From NCBI GenBank assembly GCA_053919585.1, contig CM132787.1: a stretch of 64,000 nucleotides of DNA. One strand, given 5' to 3'. The DNA comes from Euprymna scolopes (Eukaryota). Positions 50,601 to 64,000 of the stretch are shown one piece after another. Under the pieces are notes generated by a model. The model saw only the letters and a list, made by a program, of their open reading frames with translations, was not told the DNA's origin and made no database searches. Every line of letters starts with the position of its first letter. Positions within the stretch are counted from its first letter, which is position 1. The position numbers were made by a program, and so were the translations under genes.

Positions 50601-53600
50601 ACACCACTACAACACGGAGAAATCAAGACTCCCCTAGAAACACCACTACAACACGGAGAAATCAATACTCTCCTAGAAACGTCCCCACAACACGGAGAAA
50701 TCAAGACTCCCCTAGAAACACCACTACAACACGGTGAAATCAAGACTCCCCTAGAAACACCCCCACAACACGGAGAAATCAAGACTCCCCTAGAAACACC
50801 ACTACAACACGGAGAAATAAATACTCTCCTAGAAACGTCCGCACAACACGGAGAAATCAAGACTCCCCTAGAAACACCACTACAACACGGAGAAATCAAG
50901 ACTCCCCTAGAAACACCACTACAACACGGAGAAATCAATACTCTCCTAGAAACGTCCCCACAACACGGAGAAATCAAGACTCCCCTAGAAACACCACTAC
51001 AACACGGAGAAATCAAGACTCCCCTAGAAACACCACTACAACACGGAGAAATCAATACTCTCCTAGAAACGTCCCCACAACACGGAGAAATCAAGACTCC
51101 CCTAGAAACACCACTACAACACGGTGAAATCAAGACTCCCCTAGAAACACCCCCACAACACGGAGAAATCAAGACTCCCCTAGAAACACCACTACAACAC
51201 GGAGAAATCAATACTCTCCTAGAAACGTCCCCACAACACGGAGAAATCAAGACTCCCCTAGAAACACCACTACAACACGGAGAAATCAAGACTCCCCTAG
51301 AAACACCCCCACAACACGGAGAAATCAAGACTCCCCTAGAAACACCACTACAACACGGTGAAATCAAGACTCCCCTAGAAACACCCCCACAACACGGAGA
51401 AATCAAGACTCCCCTAGAAACACCACTACAACACGGAGAAATCAATACTCTCCTAGAAACGTCCCCACAACACGGAGAAATCAAGACTCCCCTAGAAACA
51501 CCACTACGACACGGAGAAATCAAGACTCCCCTAGAAACACCACTACAACACGGAGAAATCAATACTCTCCTAGAAACGTCCCCACAACACGGAGAAATCA
51601 AGACTCCCCTAGAAACACCTCTACAACACGGAGAAATCAATACTCTCCTAGAAACGTCCCCACAACACGGAGAAATCAAGACTCCCCTAGAAACACCACT
51701 ACAACACGGAGAAATCAATACTCTCCTAGAAACACCCCCACAACACGGAGAAATCAAGACTCTCCTAGAAACGTCCCCACAACACGGAGAAATCAATACT
51801 CTCCTAGAAACGTCCCCACAACACGGAGAAATCAAGACTCTTCTAGAAACGTCCCCACAACACGGAGAAATAAAGACTCCCCTAGAAACACCACTACAAC
51901 ACGGAGAAATCAAGACTCCCCTAGAAACACCACTACAACACGGAGAAATCAATACTCTCCTAGAAACGTCCCCACAACACGGAGAAATCAAGACTCCCCT
52001 AGAAACACCACTACAACACGGTGAAATCAAGACTCCCCTAGAAACACCCCCACAACACGGAGAAATCAAGACTCCCCTAGAAACACCACTACAACACGGA
52101 GAAATCAATACTCTCCTAGAAACGTCCCCACAACACGGAGAAATCAAGACTCCCCTAGAAACACCACTACAACACGGAGAAATCAAGACTCCCCTAGAAA
52201 CACCACTACAACACGGAGAAATCAATACTCTCCTAGAAACGTCCCCACAACACGGAGAAATCAAGACTCCCCTAGAAACACCACTACAACACGGAGAAAT
52301 CAATACTCTCCTAGAAACGTCCCCACAACACGGAGAAATCAAGACTCCCCTAGAAACACCACTACAACACGGAGAAATCAATACTCTCCTAGAAACACCC
52401 CCACAACACGGAGAAATCAAGACTCTCCTAGAAACGTCCCCACAACACGGAGAAATCAATACTCTCCTAGAAACGTCCCCACAACACGGAGAAATCAAGA
52501 CTCCCCTAGAAACACCACTACAACACGGAGAAATCAATACTCTCCTAGAAACGTCCCCACAACACGGAGAAATCAATACTCTCCTAGAAACACCCCCACA
52601 ACACGGAGAAATCAAGACTCCCCTAGAAACACTACTACAACACGGAGAAATCAAGACTCTCCTAGAAACGTCCCCACAACACGGAGAAATCAATACTCTC
52701 CTAGAAACGTCCCCACAACACGGAGAGATCAAGACTCCTCTAGAAACACCACTAAAACACGGAGAAATCAATACTCTCCTAGAAACGTCCCCACAACACG
52801 GAGAAATCAAGACTCCCCTAGAAACACCACTACAACACGGAGAAATCAATACTCTCCTAGAAACACCCCCACAACACGGAGAAATCAAGACTCTCCTAGA
52901 AACGTCCCCACAACACGGAGAAATCAAGACTCCCCTAGAAACACCACTACAACACGGAGAAATCAATACTCTCCTAGAAACGTCCCCACAACACGGAGAA
53001 ATCAATACTCTCCTAGAAACACCCCCACAACACGGAGAAATCAAGACTCTCCTAGAAACGTCCCCACAACACGGAGAAATCAAGACTCCCCTAGAAACAC
53101 CACTACAACACGGAGAAATCAATACTCTCCTAGAAACGTCCCCACAACACGGAGAAATCAATACTCTCCTAGAAACACCACTACAACACGGAGAAATCAA
53201 GACTCTCCTAGAAACGTCCCCACAACACGGAGAAATCAAGACTCCCCTAGAAACACCACTACAACACGGAGAAATCAATACTCTCCTAGAAACGTCCCCA
53301 CAACACGGAGAAATCAATACTCTCCTAGAAACACCCCCACAACACGGAGAAATCAAGACTCTCCTAGAAACGTCCCCACAACACGGAGAAATCAATACTC
53401 TCCTAGAAACGTCCCCACAACACGGAGAAATCAAGACTCCCCTAGAAACACCACTACAACACGGAGAAATCAATACTCTCCTAGAAACGTCCCCACAACA
53501 CGGAGAAATAAAGACTCCCCTAGAAACACCACTACAACACGGAGAAATCAAGACTCTCCTAGAAACACCCCCACAACACGGAGAAATCAAGACTCTCCTA

Positions 53601-56600
53601 GAAACGTCCCCACAACACGGAGAAATCAATACTCTCCTAGAAACGTCCCCACAACACGGAGAAATCAAGACTCCCCTAGAAACACCACTACAACACGGAG
53701 AAATCAATACTCTCCTAGAAACGTCCCCACAACACGGAGAAATCAATACTCTCCTAGAAACACCCCCACAACACGGAGAAATCAAGACTCTCCTAGAAAC
53801 GTCCCCACAACACGGAGAAATCAATACTCTCCTAGAAACGTCCCCACAACACGGAGAAATCAATACTCTCCTAGAAACACCCCCACAACACGGAGAAATC
53901 AATACTCTCCTAGAAACACCCCCACAACACGGAGAAATCAATACTCTCCTAGAAACACCCCCACAACACGGAGAAATCAAGACTCTCCTAGAAACGTCCC
54001 CACAACACGGAGAAATCAATACTCTCCTAGAAACACCCCCACAACACGGAGAAATCAAGACTCTCCTAGAAACGTCCCCACAACACGGAGAAATCAATAC
54101 TCTCCTAGAAACGTCCCCACAACACGGAGAAATCAAGACTCCCCTAGAAACACCACTACAACACGGAGAAATCAATACTCTCCTAGAAACGTCCCCACAA
54201 CACGGAGAAATCAATACTCTCCTAGAAACACCCCCACAACACGGAGAAATCAAGACTCTCCTAGAAACGTCCCCACAACACGGAGAAATCAATACTCTCC
54301 TAGAAACACCCCCACAACACGGAGAAATCAAGACTCTCCTAGAAACGTCCCCACAACACGGAGAAATCAATACTCTCCTAGAAACGTCCCCACAACACGG
54401 AGAAATCAATACTCTCCTAGAAACACCCCCACAACACGGAGAAATCAAGACTCTCCTAGAAACGTCCCCACAACACGGAGAAATCAATACTCTCCTAGAA
54501 ACGTCCCCACAACACGGAGAAATCAATACTCTCCTAGAAACACCCCCACAACACGGAGAAATCAAGACTCTCCTAGAAACGTCCCCACAACACGGAGAAA
54601 TCAAGACTCTCCTAGAAACGTCCCCACAACACGGAGAAATCAATACTCTCCTAGAAACACCCCCACAACACGGAGAAATCAAGACTCTCCTAGAAACGTC
54701 CCCACAACACGGAGAAATCAATACTCTCCTAGAAACACCCCCACAACACGGAGAAATCAAGACTCTCCTAGAAACGTCCCCACAACACGGAGAAATCAAT
54801 ACTCTCCTAGAAACGTCCCCACAACACGGAGAAATCAATACTCTCCTAGAAACACCCCCACAACACGGAGAAATCAAGACTCTCCTAGAAACGTCCCCAC
54901 AACACGGAGAAATCAAGACTCTCCTAGAAACGTCCCCACAACACGGAGAAATCAAGACTCTCCTAGAAACACCCCCACAACACGGAGAAATCAAGACTCT
55001 CCTAGAAACGTCCCCACAACACGGAGAAATCAAGACTCTCCTAGAAACACCCCCACAACACGGAGAAATCAAGACTCTCCTAGAAACGTCCCCACAACAC
55101 GGAGAAATCAATACTCTCCTAGAAACGTCCCCACAACACGGAGAAATCAATACTCTCCTAGAAACACCCCCACAACACGGAGAAATCAAGACTCTCCTAG
55201 AAACGTCCCCACAACACGGAGAAATCAAGACTCTCCTAGAAACGTCCCCACAACACGGAGAAATCAATACTCTCCTAGAAACACCCCCACAACACGGAGA
55301 AATCAAGACTCTCCTAGAAACGTCCCCACAACACGGAGAAATCAATACTCTCCTAGAAACACCCCCACAACACGGAGAAATCAAGACTCTCCTAGAAACG
55401 TCCCCACAACACGGAGAAATCAATACTCTCCTAGAAACACCCCCACAACACGGAGAAATCAAGACTCTCCTAGAAACGTCCCCACAACACGGAGAAATCA
55501 ATACTCTCCTAGAAACGTCCCCACAACACGGAGAAATCAATACTCTCCTAGAAACACCCCCACAACACGGAGAAATCAAGACTCTCCTAGAAACGTCCCC
55601 ACAACACGGAGAAATCAAGACTCTCCTAGAAACGTCCCCACAACACGGAGAAATCAATACTCTCCTAGAAACACCCCCACAACACGGAGAAATCAAGACT
55701 CTCCTAGAAACGTCCCCACAACACGGAGAAATCAAGACTCTCCTAGAAACACCCCCACAACACGGAGAAATCAAGACTCTCCTAGAAACGTCCCCACAAC
55801 ACGGAGAAATCAATACTCTCCTAGAAACGTCCCCACAACACGGAGAAATCAATACTCTCCTAGAAACACCCCCACAACACGGAGAAATCAAGACTCTCCT
55901 AGAAACGTCCCCACAACACGGAGAAATCAAGACTCTCCTAGAAACGTCCCCACAACACGGAGAAATCAATACTCTCCTAGAAACACCCCCACAACACGGA
56001 GAAATCAAGACTCTCCTAGAAACGTCCCCACAACACGGAGAAATCAATACTCTCCTAGAAACACCCCCACAACACGGAGAAATCAAGACTCTCCTAGAAA
56101 CGTCCCCACAACACGGAGAAATCAATACTCTCCTAGAAACGTCCCCACAACACGGAGAAATCAAGACTCCCCTAGAAACACCACTACAACACGGAGAAAT
56201 CAATACTCTCCTAGAAACGTCCCCACAACACGGAGAAATCAATACTCTCCTAGAAACACCCCCACAACACGGAGAAATCAAGACTCTCCTAGAAACGTCC
56301 CCACAACACGGAGAAATCAATACTCTCCTAGAAACGTCCCCACAACACGGAGAAATCAATACTCTCCTAGAAACACCCCCACAACACGGAGAAATCAATA
56401 CTCTCCTAGAAACACCCCCACAACACGGAGAAATCAATACTCTCCTAGAAACACCCCCACAACACGGAGAAATCAAGACTCTCCTAGAAACGTCCCCACA
56501 ACACGGAGAAATCAATACTCTCCTAGAAACACCCCCACAACACGGAGAAATCAAGACTCTCCTAGAAACGTCCCCACAACACGGAGAAATCAATACTCTC

Positions 56601-59600
56601 CTAGAAACGTCCCCACAACACGGAGAAATCAAGACTCCCCTAGAAACACCACTACAACACGGAGAAATCAATACTCTCCTAGAAACGTCCCCACAACACG
56701 GAGAAATCAAGACTCCCCTAGAAACACCACTACAACACGGAGAAATCAAGACTCCCCTAGAAACACCACTACAACACGGAGAAATCAATACTCTCCTAGA
56801 AACGTCCCCACAACACGGAGAAATCAAGACTCCCCTAGAAACACCACTACAACACGGAGAAATCAATACTCTCCTAGAAACACCCCCCACAACACGGAGA
56901 AATCAATACTCTCCTAGAAACACCCCCACAACACGGAGAAATCAAGACTCTCCTAGAAACGTCCCCACAACACGGAGAAATCAAGACTCTCCTAGAAACG
57001 TCCCCACAACACGGAGAAATCAATACTCTCCTAGAAACACCCCCACAACACGGAGAAATCAATACTCTCCTAGAAACACCCCCACAACACGGAGAAATCA
57101 AGACTCTCCTAGAAACACCCCAACAACACGGAGAAATCAAGACTCTCCTAGAAACGTCCCCACAACACGGAGAAATCAAGACTCTCCTAGAAACGTCCCC
57201 ACAACACGGAGAAATCAATACTCTCCTAGAAACACCCCAACAACACGGAGAAATCAAGACTCTCCTAGAAACGTCCCCACAACACGGAGAAATCAATACT
57301 CTCCTAGAAACGTCCCCACAACACGGAGAAATCAAGACTCCCCTAGAAACACCACTACAACACGGAGAAATCAATACTCTCCTAGAAACGTCCCCACAAC
57401 ACGGAGAAATCAAGACTCCCCTAGAAACACCACTACAACACGGAGAAATCAATACTCTCCTAGAAACACCCCGACAACACGGAGAAATCAAGACTCTCCT
57501 AGAAACGTCCCCACAACACGGAGAAATCAATACTCTCCTAGAAACGTCCCCACAACACGGAGAAATCAAGACTCCCCTAGAAACACCACTACAACACGGA
57601 GAAATCAATACTCTCCTAGAAACGTCCCCACAACACGGAGAAATCAATACTCTCCTAGAAACACCCCCACAACACGGAGAAATCAAGACTCTCCTAGAAA
57701 CGTCCCCACAACACGGAGAAATCAAGACTCTCCTAGAAACACCCCCACAACACGGAGAAATCAAGACTCTCCTAGAAACGTCCCCACAACACGGAGAAAT
57801 CAATACTCTCCTAGAAACACCCCCACAACACGGAGAAATCAAGACTCTCCTAGAAACGTCCCCACAACACGGAGAAATCAATACTCTCCTAGAAACACCC
57901 CCACAACACGGAGAAATCAAGACTCTCCTAGAAACGTCCCCACAACACGGAGAAATCAATACTCTCCTAGAAACACCCCCACAACACGGAGAAATCAAGA
58001 CTCTCCTAGAAACGTCCCCACAACACGGAGAAATCAATACTCTCCTAGAAACGTCCCCACAACACGGAGAAATCAAGACTCCCCTAGAAACACCACTACA
58101 ACACGGAGAAATCAATACTCTCCTAGAAACGTCCCCACAACACGGAGAAATCAAGACTCCCCTAGAAACACCACTACAACACGGAGAAATCAATACTCTC
58201 CTAGAAACACCCCCACAACACGGAGAAATCAAGACTCTCCTAGAAACGTCCCCACAACACGGAGAAATCAATACTCTCCTAGAGACGTCCCCACAACACG
58301 GAGAAATCAAGACTCCCCTAGAAACACCACTACAACACGGAGAAATCAATACTCTCCTAGAAACGTCCCCACAACACGGAGAAATCAAGACTCCCCTAGA
58401 AACACCACTACAACACGGAGAAATCAATACTCTCCTAGAAACACCCCCACAACACGGAGAAATCAAGACTCTACTAGAAACGTCCCCACAACACGGAGAA
58501 ATCAATACTCTCCTAGAAACGTCCCCACAACACGGAGAAATCAAGACTCCCCTAGAAACACCACTACAACACGGAGAAATCAATACTCTCCTAGAAACGT
58601 CCCCACAACACGGAGAAATCAATACTCTCCTAGAAACACCCCCACAACACGGAGAAATCAAGACTCTCCTAGAAACGTCCCCACAACACGGAGAAATCAA
58701 TACTCTCCTAGAAACACCCCCACAACACGGAGAAATCAAGACTCTCCTAGAAACGTCCCCACAACACGGAGAAATCAATACTCTCCTAGAAACACCCCTA
58801 CAACACGGAGAAATCAATACTCTCCTAGAAACACCCCCACAACACGGAGAAATCAATACTCTCCTAGAAACACCCCCACAACACGGAGAAATCAAGACTC
58901 TCCTAGAAACGTCCCCACAACACGGAGAAATCAAGACTCTCCTAGAAACACCCCCACAACACGGAGAAATCAAGACTCTCCTAGAAACACCCCCACAACA
59001 CGGAGAAATCAATACTCTCCTAGAAACACCCCCACAACACGGAGAAATCAATACTCTCCTAGAAACACCCCCACAACACGGAGAAATCAATACTCTCCTA
59101 GAAACACCCCCACAACACGGAGAAATCAAGACTCTCCTAGAAACAACCCCACAACACGGAGAAATCAATACTCTCCTAGAAACACCCCCACAACACGGAG
59201 AAATCAATACTCTCCTAGAAACACCCCCACAACACGGAGAAATAAATACTCTCCTAGAAACACCCCCACAACACGGAGAAATCAATACTCTCCTAGAAAC
59301 ACCCCCACAACACGGAGAAATCAAGACTCTCCTAGAAACACCCCCACAACACGGAGAAATCAAGACTCTCCTAGAAACACCCCCACAACACGGAGAAATC
59401 AATACTCTCCTAGAAACACCCCCACAACACGGAGAAATCAATACTCTCCTAGAAACACCCCCACAACACGGAGAAATAAATACTCTCCTAGAAACACCCC
59501 CACAACACGGAGAAATCAATACTCTCCTAGAGACGTCCCCACAACACGGAGAAATCAAGACTCCCCTAGAAACACCACTACAACACGGAGAAATCAATAC

Positions 59601-62600
59601 TCTCCTAGAAACGTCCCCACAACACGGAGAAATCAAGACTCTCCTAGAAACGTCCCCACAACACGGAGAAATCAATACTCTCCTAGAGACGTCCCCACAA
59701 CACGGAGAAATCAAGACTCCCCTAGAAACACCACTACAACACGGAGAAATCAATACTCTCCTAGAAACGTCCCCACAACACGGAGAAATCAAGACTCTCC
59801 TAGAAACGTCCCCACAACACGGAGAAATCAATACTCTCCTAGAGACGTCCCCACAACACGGAGAAATCAAGACTCCCCTAGAAACACCACTACAACACGG
59901 AGAAATCAATACTCTCCTAGAAACGTCCCCACAACACGGAGAAATCAAGACTCTCCTAGAAACGTCCCCACAACACGGAGAAATCAATACTCTCCTAGAG
60001 ACGTCCCCACAACACGGAGAAATCAAGACTCCCCTAGAAACACCACTACAACACGGAGAAATCAATACTCTCCTAGAAACGTCCCCACAACACGGAGAAA
60101 TCAAGACTCTCCTAGAAACGTCCCCACAACACGGAGAAATCAATACTCTCCTAGAGACGTCCCCACAACACGGAGAAATCAAGACTCCCCTAGAAACACC
60201 ACTACAACACGGAGAAATCAATACTCTCCTAGAAACGTCCCCACAACACGGAGAAATCAAGACTCTCCTAGAAACGTCCCCACAACACGGAGAAATCAAT
60301 ACTCTCCTAGAGACGTCCCCACAACACGGAGAAATCAAGACTCCCCTAGAAACACCACTACAACACGGAGAAATCAATACTCTCCTAGAAACGTCCCCAC
60401 AACACGGAGAAATCAAGACTCTCCTAGAAACGTCCCCACAACACGGAGAAATCAATACTCTCCTAGAGACGTCCCCACAACACGGAGAAATCAAGACTCC
60501 CCTAGAAACACCACTACAACACGGAGAAATCAATACTCTCCTAGAAACGTCCCCACAACACGGAGAAATCAAGACTCTCCTAGAAACGTCCCCACAACAC
60601 GGAGAAATCAATACTCTCCTAGAGACGTCCCCACAACACGGAGAAATCAAGACTCCCCTAGAAACACCACTACAACACGGAGAAATCAATACTCTCCTAG
60701 AAACGTCCCCACAACACGGAGAAATCAAGACTCTCCTAGAAACGTCCCCACAACACGGAGAAATCAATACTCTCCTAGAGACGTCCCCACAACACGGAGA
60801 AATCAAGACTCCCCTAGAAACACCACTACAACACGGAGAAATCAATACTCTCCTAGAAACGTCCCCACAACACGGAGAAATCAAGACTCTCCTAGAAACG
60901 TCCCCACAACACGGAGAAATCAATACTCTCCTAGAGACGTCCCCACAACACGGAGAAATCAAGACTCCCCTAGAAACACCACTACAACACGGAGAAATCA
61001 ATACTCTCCTAGAAACGTCCCCACAACACGGAGAAATCAAGACTCCCCTAGAAACACCACTACAACACGGAGAAATCAATACTCTCCTAGAAACACCCCC
61101 ACAACACGGAGAAATCAAGACTCTACTAGAAACGTCCCCACAACACGGAGAAATCAATACTCTCCTAGAAACGTCCCCACAACACGGAGAAATCAAGACT
61201 CCCCTAGAAACACCACTACAACACGGAGAAATCAATACTCTCCTAGAAACGTCCCCACAACACGGAGAAATCAATACTCTCCTAGAAACACCCCCACAAC
61301 ACGGAGAAATCAAGACTCTCCTAGAAACGTCCCCACAACACGGAGAAATCAATACTCTCCTAGAAACACCCCCACAACACGGAGAAATCAAGACTCTCCT
61401 AGAAACGTCCCCACAACACGGAGAAATCAATACTCTCCTAGAAACACCCCTACAACACGGAGAAATCAATACTCTCCTAGAAACACCCCCACAACACGGA
61501 GAAATCAATACTCTCCTAGAAACACCCCCACAACACGGAGAAATCAAGACTCTCCTAGAAACGTCCCCACAACACGGAGAAATCAAGACTCTCCTAGAAA
61601 CACCCCCACAACACGGAGAAATCAAGACTCTCCTAGAAACACCCCCACAACACGGAGAAATCAATACTCTCCTAGAAACACCCCCACAACACGGAGAAAT
61701 CAATACTCTCCTAGAAACACCCCCACAACACGGAGAAATCAATACTCTCCTAGAAACACCCCCACAACACGGAGAAATCAAGACTCTCCTAGAAACAACC
61801 CCACAACACGGAGAAATCAATACTCTCCTAGAAACACCCCCACAACACGGAGAAATCAATACTCTCCTAGAAACACCCCCACAACACGGAGAAATAAATA
61901 CTCTCCTAGAAACACCCCCACAACACGGAGAAATCAATACTCTCCTAGAAACACCCCCACAACACGGAGAAATCAAGACTCTCCTAGAAACACCCCCACA
62001 ACACGGAGAAATCAAGACTCTCCTAGAAACACCCCCACAACACGGAGAAATCAATACTCTCCTAGAAACACCCCCACAACACGGAGAAATCAATACTCTC
62101 CTAGAAACACCCCCACAACACGGAGAAATAAATACTCTCCTAGAAACACCCCCACAACACGGAGAAATCAATACTCTCCTAGAAACACCCCCACAACACG
62201 GAGAAATCAATACTCTCCTAGAAACACCCCCACAACACGGAGAAATCAAGACTCTCCTAGAAACACCCCCACAACACGGAGAAATCAAGACTCTCCTAGA
62301 AACACCCCCACAACACGGAGAAATCAATACTCTCCTAGAAACACCCCCACAACACGGAGAAATCAAGACTCTCCTAGAAACGTCCCCACAACACGGAGAA
62401 ATCAATACTCTCCTAGAAACACCCCCACAACACGGAGAAATCAATACTCTCCTAGAAACACCCCCACAACACGGAGAAATCAATACTCTCCTAGAAACAC
62501 CCCCACAACACGGAGAAATAAATACTCTCCTAGAAACACCCCCACAACACGGAGAAATCAATACTCTCCTAGAAACACCCCCACAACACGGAGAAATCAA

Positions 62601-64000
62601 GACTCTCCTAGAAACACCCCCACAACACGGAGAAATCAAGACTCTCCTAGAAACACCCCCACAACACGGAGAAATCAATACTCTCCTAGAAACACCCCCA
62701 CAACACGGAGAAATAAATACTCTCCTAGAAACACCCCCACAACACGGAGAAATCAATACTCTCCTAGAAACACCCCCACAACACGGAGAAATCAATACTC
62801 TCCTAGAAACACCCCCACAACACGGAGAAATCAATACTCTCCTAGAAACACCCCCACAACACGGAGAAATCAATACTCTCCTAGAAACACCCCCACAACA
62901 CGGAGAAATCAATACTCTCCTAGAAACACCCCCACAACACGGAGAAATCAATACTCTCCTAGAAACACCCCCACAACACGGAGAAATCAATACTCTCCTA
63001 GAAACACCCCCACAACACGGAGAAATCAATACTCTCCTAGAAACGTCCCCACAACACGGAGAAATCAATACTCTCCTAGAAACACCCCCACAACACGGAG
63101 AAATAAATACTCTCCTAGAAACACCCCCACAACACGGAGAAATCAAGACTCTCCTAGAAACGTCCCCACAACACGGAGAAATCAATACTCTCCTAGAAAC
63201 ACCCCCACAACACGGAGAAATAAATACTCTCCTAGAAACACCCCCACAACACGGAGAAATCAAGACTCTCCTAGAAACACCCCCACAACACGGAGAAATC
63301 AATACTCTCCTAGAAACACCCCCACAACACGGAGAAATCAATACTCTCCTAGAAACACCCCCACAACACGGAGAAATAAATACTCTCCTAGAAACACCCC
63401 CACAACACGGAGAAATCAATACTCTCCTAGAAACACCCCCACAACACGGAGAAATCAATACTCTCCTAGAAACACCCCCACAACACGGAGAAATCAAGAC
63501 TCTCCTAGAAACACCCCCACAACACGGAGAAATCAAGACTCTCCTAGAAACACCCCCACAACACGGAGAAATCAATACTCTCCTAGAAACACCCCCACAA
63601 CACGGAGAAATCAAGACTCTCCTAGAAACGTCCCCACAACACGGAGAAATCAATACTCTCCTAGAAACACCCCCACAACACGGAGAAATCAATACTCTCC
63701 TAGAAACACCCCCACAACACGGAGAAATCAATACTCTCCTAGAAACACCCCCACAACACGGAGAAATCAATACTCTCCTAGAAACACCCCCACAACACGG
63801 AGAAATCAATACTCTCCTAGAAACCCCCCACAACACGGAGAAATCAATACTCTCCTAGAAACACCCCCACAACACGGAGAAATCAAGACTCTCCTAGAAA
63901 CGTCCCCACAACACGGAGAAATCAAGACTCTCCTAGAAACACCCCCACAACACGGAGAAATCAAGACTCTCCTAGAAACACCCCCACAACACGGAGAAAT
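26644..64000. repeat. Giant 39-bp tandem array, consensus AGAAATCAA(G/T)ACTC(T/C)CCTAGAAAC(GT/AC)C(CCC/ACT)ACAACACGG; ~590 units before the gap and ~360 after
   Basis: Directly visible; degenerate left edge (26644-28380), homogeneous interior, continues past the window end. Confidence 0.99.
49749..49848. other. Scaffolding gap (100 N) inside the array
   Basis: Exactly 100 N. Confidence 1.

Noticed and set aside
28346-63836. Annotating the 1000-2400 aa minus-strand ORFs as CDS
   Set aside because: Any stop-free 3n repeat gives long ORFs, and their 'starts' are non-ATG artefacts at indels. Kept only as a hypothesis under findings.
26644-64000. CRISPR array
   Set aside because: The units are contiguous with no unique spacers, there are no cas genes, and the context is eukaryotic.

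Overview
AT-rich eukaryotic genomic DNA, most likely from an invertebrate animal, consisting almost entirely of repeats; no host gene could be identified with confidence. Bases 1-26.6 kb are a patchwork of transposons: a decayed minus-strand Ty3/Gypsy element (gag-protease-RT-RNase H, tRNA-Ser-type PBS); about nine 3' fragments of CR1/L2-group LINEs; a tandem non-autonomous Helitron inside a minisatellite; two foldback MITEs; a CACTA-type non-autonomous DNA transposon next to apparent serial excision footprints; and 5S- and tRNA-derived SINE-like relics. At 19.9-24.3 kb there is a Penelope-like element (PLE) hotspot built around (TA)n tracts, with a Naiad-type RT/GIY-YIG ORF and three different minimal hammerhead ribozyme motifs. 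Bases 26.64-64 kb are one 39-bp tandem array with internal higher-order structure. The unit is stop-free in three frames, and its recurrent variants fall mostly on the wobble position of the antisense Cys-Cys frame (ISPCCGxVSRRVL)n. The part after the 100-N gap (49849-64000) appears to be an exact copy of 28381-42532 and is probably an assembly duplication. All calls were made by eye; no database searches were run.
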